Source of the DNA: Fimbriosthenelais zetlandica
Taxonomy: Eukaryota
Direction of reading: 5' to 3'
Assembly (NCBI GenBank): GCA_977030845.1
Contig: OZ365114.1
Span: forward strand, 19,840,001-19,904,000
DNA: 64,000 nt
Shown: positions 50,535 to 64,000 of the stretch, piece after piece
Numbering within the stretch: the first letter of the stretch is position 1
Layout of the letters: each line of letters begins with the position of its first letter
The notes under the pieces: model-generated
What the model was told of the DNA's origin: nothing
Seen by the model: the letters and a program-made list of their open reading frames with translations, nothing else
The model's database searches: none
Made by a program: the position numbers and the translations under genes

Positions 50535-51820
50535 TTGGCAGCTTTCAAGTTTTCACTCTGAGGGGTTTGTACGTGCTATTTCGTCAAAAACGACTTTTTA
50601 GACTATGCCGTTTGCACTAAGATCCTTTTTGTACCTAAAACAACAAATTCTGACACCCCAGAAGGATCATTGCAGTAAAAAGGTCCATTATTTGTCAGAT
50701 TCTTATCTTATTTGTCCAAGATGAGAACAAGGCAGCTGATACATTCACAGATTGTGTCAGGTCTGGTGAGATGTCTATCTGACGCCCCTCTGGCTTCCTG
50801 GCACTGTTTCCCCCGTCAATTCCAGCCCCAAACCTTCTTTTTGGTCCGATCTCCGCTAATTCCATATAGCAAGCACGTCCCAAAAGGGACTATAATATAA
50901 AGAGCGTTTTCATTGAGCCCGCAGGCACTCTGGCAGCAGGGCAGCCATACAAAAGCCCACTGTTTCTTGTGCCCAACGAGAAGCAAAGGTCTGAAGGCGG
51001 CACAAATTGTTTCTCGTCCTTGTTTGATTAATAGCTTAGTCCTGTAACCAAGACTTTATGAAGGCCAGGCGTTTTGTGAACAGGATACCAGGGAGGAACA
51101 TACCAGCCATGCTTCTAGGAATTCATCTCATGTCTGGAGCGCAGGCCGAGGAGAACCCACGCACAAAATCCCCCTCTACATCAGGTTACCATCCACCAAT
51201 TGCATCCTGGCCATTTTTTATGATGCCACGATACCCAGACTTGTATAATCCCCATGGGTAACTTTCTAATACTTCAGGAACAATCAGCATTGCTTTTAAA
51301 GCCTAATTCAGAGGACAGTTGAACCCCACTACGTTAAGGCACGTAGATCCATATCGTGTTGAAGTCTTTGCTGATTTCACTTTCAGCCTGAATAATCCTA
51401 TACTTCGCACAGAAAGATCTTCAACAAAGAGATCCCCACAATGCGATATGTAGAGAGGCTGAGAGGCTTTGAGACCACCAACACAGGATATGTCAGGTGT
51501 TGAGACCATTATTCCCCCATGAGGGTCTCACAAAAGCCCTGTCTCTCATTGCCCTTTATGCGGTCTATAAGCACGTTCTACAAATAGCTGGGATTTTTCT
51601 AATGACTTGACGAGGATTAGCAGACTGCTGTGAGGGCGACATGACAATGTCTGCTGACTCACTCCATCCACTACATTCACAAGGTGTGTAGTGAAGCAAG
51701 GCTATTAGTCACTCTTGTTGCCAAGCACCCAAACTAAGCCCTTTTGATCTTTGAATCACAGCCAACTACCTGAACCTATGAAATTTCAGTTGATAAGCAG
51801 ATATATATATGCTACCGGCA

Positions 51821-51847
51821 TGACCTCTGCTGACCCAATGATGACCT
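51821..51847 (-). promoter_or_regulatory. Triple nuclear-receptor half-site array (DR5 + DR4)
   Basis: Plus strand TGACCT-ctgc-TGACCC-aatga-TGACCT; minus strand AGGTCA-n5-GGGTCA-n4-AGGTCA. Confidence 0.35.
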
Positions 51848-54597
51848 GAGATCCACCCTCATGACCACCCTGTACCTTTACTCCGGACTATGGTATACCA
51901 GTCACACCTGTGGTTACCTCCTAAGTTCTTACAATGAGTTTTATCTCAGATCTCTGATTGGCGACTAATTTTTACCACTGACCTGAACTATATCAGAGGC
52001 ATTTAAGAATCCCTAGATGTATCAAGAATTGTAATTCACGGCATTACTGAGCTTGGGCTTAATAGCCTCCGAAAATAGAGCACGTTCCAATACTGCTATA
52101 GAGAATATCCTCTCATCTGACAAAAAAACAGCAAAAACAGCATCGCTTTGGGCTATCAAAAAATAAAAAATGATAAATTAATGCATACATTGGGATAGAG
52201 GACAAGAGAGACCACAATAATTCAGTTAACCTATCTATTTTGCATACTGATTTATGTCCAGATGACCCATGTATGATACCTGTGACCAAGTGTCACATGT
52301 GCTTGGCTTGCTGCTCCATTATAATGAGTTGTTCATAAAGGTACATGTGTGAGCCCTGTCATCGCTAGAACTCTGCCACATTATTGTCCTTTGGCTCCCC
52401 CTATAAAGCCTGCACAAATCAGGGGACAGGCACCCTAAGGAGTTTGGCAGGTCAAGCCTATTATTAGTCGAGCAGTCTTTTAGCTAAGCCAGGTCATTCC
52501 CTTGGGAAAATACCCTGCAGCAAGGATCCTGAGAAATAGATAATTCTGAAAGTAGTTTGGTTTATAAATATGCAGGATGTTCCATTTCATCCTTAGATTA
52601 ATTACACATCCAAAAGAATCTTCAAGATGTAATAATTATATAGCTATATTAAGCAATTATCGTAATACATGGCTATTATACTTTTATTAAGCTCAGATTA
52701 AAATGGAAGTGGTTATTAAGTAGAAGGAACAGTCACTGATCCGAATTGAACCTGAACAATTGTGCATTAAGCTGGGAAGTCATAACATAAATGTTAAAGC
52801 CGTTTGTGGGAGGTATAAAGTAATGTATACACACAGGCCATGTTTCAGCCACGCAGTCATTTGTACGGAAGGCATATGATGATGTTCCCACAGTCTTCTA
52901 ACCAGATAGAGACTGACAGAGGGGAAGAGGGAACGAGAACTTATGAGTATGTGTGAGTGTATATAACTTGGTCGATGCTGGGTAAGACGCCACCCATGTA
53001 CCCCTATACACACTCCCCATAGACATATACCACAGAGAGAGCATTATCATCCCATGGACCACCTTCTCTCACTCACATACTCGCTGAGAGTCCAGTTAAA
53101 GGCACGGCACTAGAGACTACTGCCAGAACCACACCACAGGGATCCAATAAAGAGTGGAGGTAGTGGTTGCGGTGATTCAGTAGTGCGTGAGGAGGATCCA
53201 AAGGCAGACAGTTCAAAAGGGGAGAGGAACAGCCAAAGCAGCATCGCTACTGATGCACATGTCAGTGTGGTATAGTGGGATCCATTGGACAAAAACTTGG
53301 ATATTATTTAAACCAAGGACTCTATGACAGTGTTTGCCATAATAAATCCCTCTCATATATAATAATACCCCGCTCACTTGGAGAGTGCTTGACTTGAGAA
53401 ACAGACAATTATGTGTCATTCTTCATCACAAAGTGACTTTGGGGAATTATAACTTCACAATATTTTTCTTCAAGATTTTTCTACTAAACTGGATTTATTC
53501 ACAGTTGACTGATTTCATATTAAAATTGCACGAATTTACGTTGGGAATTACCAAGTAAAAATGGAATTAAATATTGGAAGCAATTGCTAAGGACATAAAC
53601 ATCTTTTCTAAACAGGTAAGTCATTGATGACGAAGGTCAAAAACAGGCGTGTTCTCAAAGTGGGAGAACATGAAGGTTCTATATATGTTGTCCCTCTGAA
53701 TGCCGGGTGAGATGTGTTTACCAGAGGACCAACTCTATGCTGGCCTTGTATTACACAAGACCAATATGTCCCGTCTCGTGATGGCTGAATTTTAAGTCAG
53801 CTTTAACTAAAGTATTTCAACAAAGCTCTCTGTTGGTTTAGTGCCACCAAAGAAATATTTTCATTGAGCAATAGAACTTTCCTGTTCATGACTTTTCAAC
53901 TGATATGACCAAGCATAAATATTAGCAATGCTTTCCACCACAAATTCAAAGAACAGCAAAAATATTATTTTAAAAGCCGCTGGGTTTTTTAATTATATAG
54001 TGGAAAGCAATGACACCATTTCAAGTGCAGGTAATATGTACAAGCCATTATACTTGTGAAAGAAATTCAAGAAAAACAAAAGAACCATTGTAAGAAAACT
54101 CATAAATTAGTTTTATGTCTTTACGAGCTCCCTCTTCAGACTAATGCCATTATTTCCATTTAACAATACCTGCACCCATTAAACCTCAGTCCCTCCGGCT
54201 AAAGCCTGATCATTCGACAAATGATCACAGTTTTTCTAAAGTGATTATCACCCAGTGACAATGGCAAATCCAAGGTCCAGTGAATTTGAATGCCAGCTTT
54301 ACCATTCATTTTTATCGTGACAAAAAGAGATCAATAACAAAAGGTGATAGGTATTGTGGGAGTGTGGCACTGGGCACTGATCCCATACCAAGCTTTGTAT
54401 GTATCTCCAATTAAAGCTGCCATGGGACACGACTATTAACGACCTGGATTGTTGTAGACATAAAGAAACATAAACCACGAACACTATTTTTTAGTTTAAA
54501 TATTTATCAATTAATTATAAGAAGCAAAACAGCTCAACATATATGTTTGGACAGGACGGAATAGTGATAATATATAGCCTTTTTCATGCCTGAGCAA

Positions 54598-54720
54598 ATG
54601 GGTGGGTGGTAGACAGATTTTTCCGGAATGATTAAGGAAATGCCTACATCCCCGGGCGTGGGGTTGTGTGGGTGTGGGTGTATAGGATTGGGTTTGGGTG
54701 GATATATTGGTGTGGGTGTT
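54598..54720 (+). repeat. GGGT/GT-rich low-complexity tract
   Basis: GGGTGGGTGGGT at about 54600, then GGGCGTGGGGTTGTGTGGGTGTGGGTGT...GGGTTTGGGTGG...GGTGTGGGTG. Confidence 0.55.
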
Positions 54721-56140
54721 AAAATGATAAATGTAGGCATGTGTATTACACAGCAAAGGATTATTCTCTCACGCTCTAGAATATTCTCAGTTCGAATATT
54801 CTAAAACACTGTTGAAAGACGAAAAAAGAAATGACGAAAAGAAAAATGGAGTATGGTATTTGCTCTCGAATGTGACTGATTGCTCATAGCTTAAACAGCT
54901 GAGTGTTCTAGGGAAAAGGCTTTTATTTATGAGGCATGATGGAGTCTAGTGAAAAGATGCTGAGGCGAGGGAACTGGGAGGCTGTGGTAAATACCCCCAC
55001 CTTCTGCTCATACTCCACGTGCTCAGAGAAAGAGCTGCTCTCTCAACATAGAAAAATAAAACTCCATGAAAACATTCCTTCAAGTTTATTTCATGTCTCA
55101 ACATACGCACTATAAATATTAACTATTAATGTGCCATTCACGAGCAAAACAAAATGAAACATTGCTGTAAGGAGTCGAAATAGAAAATATTATGTTGAGG
55201 GGGTTTCTGGGAGATTGAGGATTTAAATATTAGCCATGATTTATGATAAGAAATTACGAAGTGTATTATAGTTTCTATGGGCCTGATGCTAAAATTACAG
55301 TTAGTGCACATATATATATACCTGAAGGGTATCAGGAGGGACGGTTTTCATTACCCCCAAGTATCCTGTTACTCAACGTTATATATACTCACCATAGAGC
55401 TTGATTTTAGAACTATAAATTCACTCAAATATAAAATTTATACATCTTCTAAAAAAAATATAATAAATATGTACAGGCCTGTCAGTAATCTATGTCAATA
55501 ATGAAGGGATTCTTTATATTTTAAATTATTTTTCATTCCTATTGTTTAATATTGTTAGGGAGACTTGCCAAGGAGATTCGGTATCTGGCTCAGGTTTCTC
55601 CCAGAGCATTCAAATACAGGTTAGCTATATACATGTGCAGCCTAATAGTTTTGTTGACATATATAACGCATAATTTTGCATCTTCACATACATACTAAGT
55701 GAGTCTATGACACATGGAAAAAGACCCATAGAACATGTACTCACTTATATATAGCCAATTGCTTTTATTGAAAGCAGTCCTTCAATTAAAAAATATCTAT
55801 GTATCCATTAATTACAGTGTCAAGATGACAGGAGTGCTTTACATCTTAAGAAAGAAGCATATTCGTTATATTCATCATCAAGACTATCGCTATGTCCCAT
55901 TTAGTGGCAGGTTCTAAAAAAATCAGTTGCATCTGAGCATCATATTTACAAGAAGAAACAGTAGTAAACATGTAAACCATGGAGCGCTGCTTGAGCAGCA
56001 CTACTCGTGTATATTAATACAGTGTGAGAGTCAAAGCCCCCCATCCAGTAGAAAGGTTCACCCTGACACCCACACACTTAGCTCCAGCCTCCGGCTTTCT
56101 TGCCCTGGAATAACACTGGATGAGTAGCAGTGGATGCACC

Positions 56141-56185
56141 AGAATTTTTATCGGGGTTCCCTAGAATTTTTATTGGGGTTCTAGA
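56141..56185. repeat. Short ~22-bp tandem duplication
   Basis: AGAATTTTTATCGGGGTTCCCT followed by AGAATTTTTATTGGGGTTCTAG. Confidence 0.7.
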
Positions 56186-59100
56186 TACTTAAAGGCATAT
56201 TATCTTTGATTTATATACCTCTCTAAGAAGACTGATGATGAAGTAAAATATGGAAAATAGAATCCTGTAAAGAGAATGGGAATGTTGAGCAGAGGAAATA
56301 TAAAGGTCAGGGCTAAGTTGACCCTTGGATATCCATTCCACTATACATCAGTCCTGAGAACCCTCTTAAACAAGCCTTCCCACTCATCCTCCCAGCCCAC
56401 AGCCTCCACATAAACTATAGGATGCATACTTGTATGCCTAAGGAAGAAAACATCGCGAAAAATTCATATAAATCTAGAATGAAGAACCTTAGTCGTTTCA
56501 TTATGCATCTCCCTTCTCTATTATATTTCTCTTTTTAGCATTGATCTGATGTACATGTACCCACATTATTTTATCCAAATGTTACTCAGTCCAGTGCAAT
56601 CATTCAAAGTTCTAATAGAGACCATAATATAATCTGATGAGTCAGAAATCCTCTAACCTCATAGTGATCCATTTATTTATAAGTGTCTTTGTCACCACCC
56701 GCATTGACCTCTGTATTTTTGCTAGCACATCTCACAATTGTATATTTATTCACCAGCATAATAATCAACAAAACTTGCATGTCCTTTCAATATCAAATCA
56801 CTCGGTTTTAGCAAACAAACAGAAAATTGTCGCCAAACAATTGAAACCAATTGCCCTAAGGCATTATACTAAAACTATCACCCATAAAATTTAAGCTGTG
56901 GCAATTTTGTACTGATTGTAATCCCTTTGGTTGTGGGGAAGGCTATGGTTTAAAAAGGACAAAATAAGATTCGGAGCAGAGTCTACCAGGCTCTACATAC
57001 ATCCATTGACCCTCGTCCCACCTGACTTTTAATTTCTAAAGGAGAAGAAGTCGATCCTCCATTAGCATTCATATCACTAGAGTCGCGCTACCTGACCCAG
57101 TCTACACTGGGAGGCCAGTGTTTGCAGCTTCTGTTTACAAGCTAGGAGAGCCAGAGGCCCAGGATCTCTTAGATCTCCATGTTTACATGCTTTTAGACCT
57201 TACGTCTGCCTAGCATGAATAAAACAAAAGGCCTAGTTGTAAATACAGAAATTAGCCGGAGCCCCACCATACTAATATTGTGATCCTACCAGGGCTATGG
57301 GGTAATGGCCGCCATTTTTTTTCAGTTCGTGTCCAATGATAACATAGGCTGATATTTCTAATGACTGTTTATATCCAGCTGATTACTGGGATGTATTGGA
57401 TCCCCCCATCCCTGTTCCTCTTTAATGCGTAGTTCTACTTGCTCTGGAAAGGTCTGCCAATTTGGGCCAAAATCTCTTCCCCTCCTCACTTGAAGTGCAG
57501 GGCAGGTGTGTGCCAGGGTGGTGTGCCCAAGAACATCCGGTGCAATCTTTTTCCTTTCTTTACTAGCAACAAAAATGGCATTTGTTGTTATTGGAAGTGA
57601 TTAATGATTCATACTGTACTTATATAAAAGGATTCAGACTTGGATCGAATAAAAATGTGAATGGCTGATATATTATTCGATACAAGTGCTCGATTCTTGG
57701 TGCAAAAAAATAAAATGAATATATCAGGGGAGGATCAATTTTGAATGGCTATATCATAACACAACTTTATGAATATTAGTTAGGAATAATTATTAAGCTA
57801 GAATTAAGTTAGAAATAAAAATATTCCTTTTAGTACCTTTTAGTTAATATCATGGTAATATTCGTTGCCTTGATGTATTTCCATTGAACATGGACCCATG
57901 GGGTTTGTTAACCATTGAATGCATGTACAGGTAATAGTTTACTCCCATCCTAACCACCACATGCTTCCATACGGTTCAAAGATCTCAAGGTGAGAGAAGT
58001 TTAAGGGCTCAGAAAGCCAGATAATATAATGTTTAGCCTTATACATGCTCGGACGATGTTGAAAAGTTTGATTGATTGCTTCTCTCACACAATCTGTCAA
58101 CAGGAACAAGCCATGGTGTGAAATGATGCTCAAAACCACTTATCACTGATCCTCACTCGGAGTAATAATTTATTATCTCCCTTACACTAAATGTCAGACT
58201 TTAGAATTAATTGTGGCTATTTTACACTTGGTCCTCATATATATTCTCAGTGAGAACGGATCTCCCCCAGTCAACATTTATCAGTCAGATAATGGGTTGA
58301 TCTTTGTGGGATCTATGTGGTTGTATATATCAGCATGAAATGTCACATTCTGCTTTTAACCAGGGATGTTTCCGGTGAATGGATTTACGCTGGATAATAA
58401 ATTGTAGAAGTGATTTTTCTTCTTCCCATGCAGCTGTGTACTGGGCAAAAAGCAATAATTCACAATCATCTTGCAGGCTATAATATATCATACATTCCGA
58501 TTTTTTTCTTTTCTTGTTGAAAAAAACATAGCATGGCCTAAATATCTATCATTGACAATGTAGGAAACATGAAGAGATGGGATAGCGCATGCAACATCGA
58601 GGCTGACTTTTGGATTACCCCCTTACTCTGAAGCGTAATTATCTTGTCATTTTCTGGCTCATGTTCTAGCGATTCTAATAGGATCTGGTGAATATCAATC
58701 ATGGCATAATGGCCTCCTTTAATTTTCAATTTACTAGCTGCCTTACTCACCTGAGTTAGTTTTTATCAAGATTCCTTTAAGGGAGCTACCAGGTATACTT
58801 CCAGTTCCCTACATCTGCCCTGCAGGTGTATAATGTCTATAATAGTGTAGGGTGCCAGGAATGTCATGAGGAGGTATGCTATCTACATTTTATGGCAAAA
58901 AGTATTCATTCAAGATCCATGCTCTGAGCAATCGCAGACATTTGCATGGATAAAATAACCATTTTAAAAAGGGATATCTCTGAGCTTCGGCTTTCTTACA
59001 AGTCCCCATCATGGTTTGACACTGCTAAGCTAGGCCTTCCACCAGGTCCTTCTCATTCCTCTTGATCCACTTCACTGATGTGCTAACAGTAGCCAGTAAC

Positions 59101-62100
59101 CCTATCTTTCTTGTTCTCTCAGCCTCACACTGTGTACTTTTTGTAGTATGCATCGATGCCCAAATACAAGAACGTGTCTCGTTTACAAGACTAGTCAGGA
59201 TATACACATATAGGGTTCCCCAGAGCTCTCTGTCTTCTTCACGCCTTAACAACCCAAGGGGAAAGTCATGAAGAAAAAATCTATATGGTCCCCCAAGGGA
59301 AACATCCTGTTGAGTGATTCCTGTAAAGATTTGTGATTGTCAATAGCTGTGTACTGAGATCTCTACCACATCCCTGAAACCACTTGAATGCCCAACCATA
59401 TACCACATGCTACTTACCATTGAACGGCCATTCATTTGGTAAGAGCTATCTCATTTATTATAAAATGAACAATATAAATCCTATATAGTTTAAATTGTTG
59501 GTAAATGTAAATTGCATTAACAAAATATTTGAAGGTCAAAAGTCATGAAGTTTAAACAGGATTTGCAGGGCTTTCAAATGGTTCTTGTCTAATGTTTATT
59601 CTATTTGTGTCGCCATAGGTGACAAGCCCATGATTTTCATCCTGCTTGGGAGCAAGGTCGCCTTATCCTTGGGAAGTTTATGCCTCGAAACAGCTTTGGG
59701 ATGAAAAATAACTCGGAAAGTGGGCTTTTTCGTCATTACTAAGAGGCGTTAGACTTACTTTAAAAAAGCACTTGGTGACAAAGATCGAGTCAGACAGTAA
59801 ATGGTACAAGCATTGAGTTGAATCCTATCCAAAGAAGGACGGTGAGGAGATTGTTTCTCACTTTCTCGGTACAAAATTGGTCAAGAATGGGGCATTTCCC
59901 AGTATATATCTGGGTGAAGATTTGCCACGGCCTCCCTTTGTTTTGGTGTGAAACATCACATATCCCGGGGCCTTGCATCCTATTAAAATTCCAGGTAAAA
60001 CGTTCCACTGCCTACAAAGGTGTGTGTCAAAAGTGCTTTTTTGCATCGGTGAGGCATAGTTTAGCAATGAGTTTTTTCACATAGGATGGAGGGGTCAAAT
60101 TTCACATTATCATACTCATGATTTATTGGCACAAATGCTTTGTCATCTTGGTTGGTCTTTGTGATGCAAACTTTAAAGCTTGAGAATGGAACACTCGCAT
60201 AAAACACCATGGTTTCATTCATGAATGCATACCACTCACGCACCTGTCCATCCCAATATTTTTCTTTGATCTCACACAGCTATTCTTCAGAACCAGTTTT
60301 TTCAGTAATTATAGCAAAAGTGAAAAGAATGCCAATGGAACAAACTTATATTGCATATTTAATTGTTCATGTTTAGTGGTATTAAATGTGTTAGGTAGGC
60401 TACTTTATATATGTAGAATAATAACACATTTAAGCTAGATAGCAGGCACAGGAACGATATATCATTATAGGACGGTATTTGTTTCCTGTAATTGAGCATC
60501 CACTGATTCCTCCATGATGCTGGCCAAATAAATCCAATGGCAGGGTAATAACACGAGGGTGGTAACGAGTAAACGCCCTTGCTAAAGGGGCAAATAGTTG
60601 TACCATTAGGAAAATGGCTCATAGGACATGATGGAACGTGGCCATCGATAAGTAAATCTCTATCATTCAGTCTACATGGATATGGCCCTGAATACATAAT
60701 GTGGGAACTTTTCCAAAGATGAATTTCTTTATAAGGATGTACTGATTGAAGACCAATACAGATGTCAAATCATTTTAATTTGAGATGCTTATCTGTCAAT
60801 GAATTCAGTTTATCGTACAGCGAAGTGATTACTCTTTACCTTCAGCCACAGAAAGAGAGCTATCTATTAGATTGAAATAGGATTCAAAGGAAAGGTACAG
60901 GTGCCTTAGGAGTTACCTGTTTCAACTCAAAAAGGACATCATGAGTTTGAGAACAAGTAAGGGACGCTGTTATAAAAGGAAAGCTATAGAGGGTCATACT
61001 ATCTATGATATGCTAATGTGCTACCCACATTTAATTCCCATGAGATACTATCGCAAATAGGATTAAGGTCCTATAATGGAGGGTTGCTTACTAGGATTGG
61101 ACGATATAATACAGGTATAACCTGCTCATTCTCTGTACAGAATGAGATACCCTAAGCCCAGTATTATGAGTGGATCTGGATTCAACCCGAAGTGGTGGGA
61201 GAAATAGGAGCAAGCCATCTCAAGTACCAGCTCACGAAGCTTCCATCATCCATTGCAATATGATTCTCGTCTCTCTACTTTCTCTTTCTTTTTCAACATT
61301 TCACTCATAAATTCTCCTCTCTTCTTTCTCACTGAAGCAGAAGCTGATATTATTCTAGCCAGCTATAGTGTCCTCTAGTTTAAACATACAGATTATGTAT
61401 CTGGGCTGAGCAATGAATGCAGTAACTACTAACCTCTTGTTACTGTCATTTCATGATGCACTTTCCATGTTGGCTTGTCACAAGTTAGCCAAGTAAAAAC
61501 AAAAACGTTATCACTTACGTTCTTATATATTCCCCACAGAAAGTGAGAGACTAAGTACAAACAAGATGCTTCTGTGGAGGATACATTAACAGGACAGATG
61601 CCCCCAAGCTTCTGATAATCTACCAACACTTAAGAAGCACTAATGGGATTCTGAACTATTAAATGTTTCTTTTTAAAACTCTATTACCTCATATTAACTG
61701 CCTCCTGTCCTTTGGCTCAATACTACATTAGAAAGTATGACAATTATACAAATATGAACCAAATTGATAAGACCAAGGAATTGTCATCTTACTTGAATGT
61801 CATCAAGTTCAGGTTGGAATACACTGATATAGATCACATGTGTAATCTACTCTAGTTATAGTCATAATTACGTGGACTCACCTGCCAACAGTCCTCATTC
61901 TTTACAACTAATTATTTTAATTAACTACTGATTGCGAAAAGGTATGAGGCCATGATCTCATTGCCCTCTGTGATTATTTACTCTAAACCTCAAGCAATCT
62001 GAAGTTTGTTGGGAGATTGGTGTTAATTATTATAAAGTCACCATGCACCCAGAGGACAGGAAATTAAAATATACTCTAGAGGTTCAGTTTTATAAATTTG

Positions 62101-64000
62101 AACTTCAATTCATAAACTAACTTCAGGGTATTTTTTAAAACCTGGGTTACCAGGTGAAGGGTATTTTTCTTCAGCCTGAGTAAAGAATACTTTACTGTTC
62201 ATTGTGATCTTATCTCTGGCTGCTTGTTAACACAATTTTTCTCTGCCATGATAAAATCAGAGAATGCTGTCATGTCACCTTGTAGAATTTATGCCTGTCA
62301 AGTGCAAGAAAAATAAGGCAATTGTCTGGAATACTCGGCCATGAAAGATTAGAAACGCCTGCATTGCACCATCACCCTATTGGACCTTGCTCTGGATCAA
62401 TTTATGTGCAGTAAATGAAGAAAGTTTCATATTATAGTTTATACAGAGCAACAGAACCTCTAAGTGAAGTGACTAGTCCCTCATGAGGGCCTGGGATCTG
62501 GTAGGGCATAAACCATGCTATATCATGTGAAATACGAAGAAATAAATGGCATACCTCACTTCCAAAACACCATGCCTTCCCTCACTTCTCACAATACAGG
62601 TCCTTCATTCATCAATCTTTCAAGGATGGCCGACTGACTTTATTTATTGCCCTCTGGGTCATATAAAAATGACATGACGAATAAATTCAAAATTTGGCCT
62701 TGGTAAAAATGATGTTTCTGACAACACATGGGAACTCTTAATTAAAGTTTTGGTAAGATCTGAATGATTTTAAAAGTTAATTTATTTTACATCACATATG
62801 TCACTGGTGCATTGCTCTTTTAGTTCATCAAAGTGTCAGTTCCATTGCCTATGCTCATTCAGGTACACATTCAAACCTTTTCTTGCGACCCATCTTCCAA
62901 ACAAATTGAAAATGCCAGTAAATAGGAATGGTATGTGGAGTGGCTTTCCTTAATGGAATGTTTTAAAGGTATACAGATGGACACATTAGGTAACAGAATC
63001 GCACTCAAAGTTAATGCAGAGGTTTGAAGGAGCTTGTGGTAGTATGGCCTGAAGGTACAGTAAATCCAAAATCCAAGGATTTTAGGTGGACGCCTTGGAG
63101 ATCTTTCATTGTCATGGACAGGGTTTAAAGGACTGCACACCTTTATTTCAAACAACACTCAAGACATGAATAACGTCAGTTATTGATATGCAAGCAAGAG
63201 TTCAGTCAGACTATTTCCAAATTTCCCAGTCATCAATTTCAAATTTGTCATTTTCTTTGTCAGCAAGGTAAAGATGAATAGAGAGATGGACATTTTATAA
63301 GTGTACATTCAGTATATTCGTCATCCTTTTGGCTTTCGACTGAGCTTCTTTCTCGGGAAGTAGCCTATACTTTGTAGTGGGAACCAGTGGAGAAAATACT
63401 TAAAATTCCACGTGTCACTTGCTGATGTAATTTTGGGTTGGCTGAGCCTCAGCTTTTGTGGTGGTATTTCCAGGGGAAGGTGACATGTTTTGATGATATT
63501 CAGATTATAGTTCAGAATTAGTCTTTCAGCGATATTTGTCTGGATGCTGGTTATTCTGTAACATTATTGAATCCACCTCCTTAGGCCAACTCTGTGTAAT
63601 TTTGAGATTTGGCATGAGATATGTTCAATATGCCTACATAGCTCTACTGTCACAAGTTTGCCCACTTCACAAAATGACTTCAAACTGACATAACTACTAA
63701 GAGCACCAGTTCTAATTTGAAACTTTCAGACTTTCTTGTCAAGGTAACCTAAAGTCGGGTGCATCAGGGAACAAGTAGCATGGAGGTTCATTGATAATTT
63801 ACCAGTGTTGTGTCACTATTATGAGATATATGAGATGGATGTATTGGAAGGTTTAGCGTACTAAGGTCGCCAGGTCGTGTCAAACTGACGTGAGGGGGCA
63901 GTGATTGACGTGGTGACGATTGTTAACGACTTGAACGCTGACACAGATGATGTCGCGCATCATGAGACATGTCATGACCTTTTTGGGGCACACGTCGGGA

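Noticed and set aside
52880-53280. Purine-rich, coding-looking patches (IETDRGEEGTRTYEY; RLLPEPHHRDPIKSGG...)
   Set aside because: Splice sites are weak or inconsistent, there are in-frame stops, and no homology was recognised.
62870-63850. Minus-strand stretch with moderately long open frames, possibly a decayed transposon gene
   Set aside because: Multiple stops and no identifiable RT, transposase or recombinase motif; it would need a translated search against Repbase/Pfam.
1-64000. CRISPR arrays, prokaryotic operons, U12-type introns
   Set aside because: There are no repeat-spacer arrays (the 28-bp repeat has no spacers), and all modelled introns are GT-AG without the RTATCCTT donor.

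Overview
This is intron-rich, AT-rich eukaryotic DNA, most likely from an invertebrate animal. All gene models were spliced by hand using GT-AG signals and reading-frame phase; no database search was possible. The first 41 kb is a dense gene cluster: the 3' part of a probable UNC80 gene (+) with several short frame-preserving exons; a 23-exon M1 membrane aminopeptidase N-like gene (-) with an unusual C-terminal extension; RBM7 (-), with a PIF/Harbinger-type MITE in its intron, head-to-head with ANKLE1 (+); an uninterrupted ORF for a small secreted CCDC3/NtA-like protein (+); and PELP1 (+). Directly after PELP1 (about 41.2-43.6 kb) is a complex of nested inverted repeats. It includes a foldback element of about 1.2 kb whose two arms each carry an inward-pointing tRNA-derived Pol III head, a diverged relative with the same layout, and CTCF-like motifs. 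The remaining ~20 kb has no recognisable coding exons.
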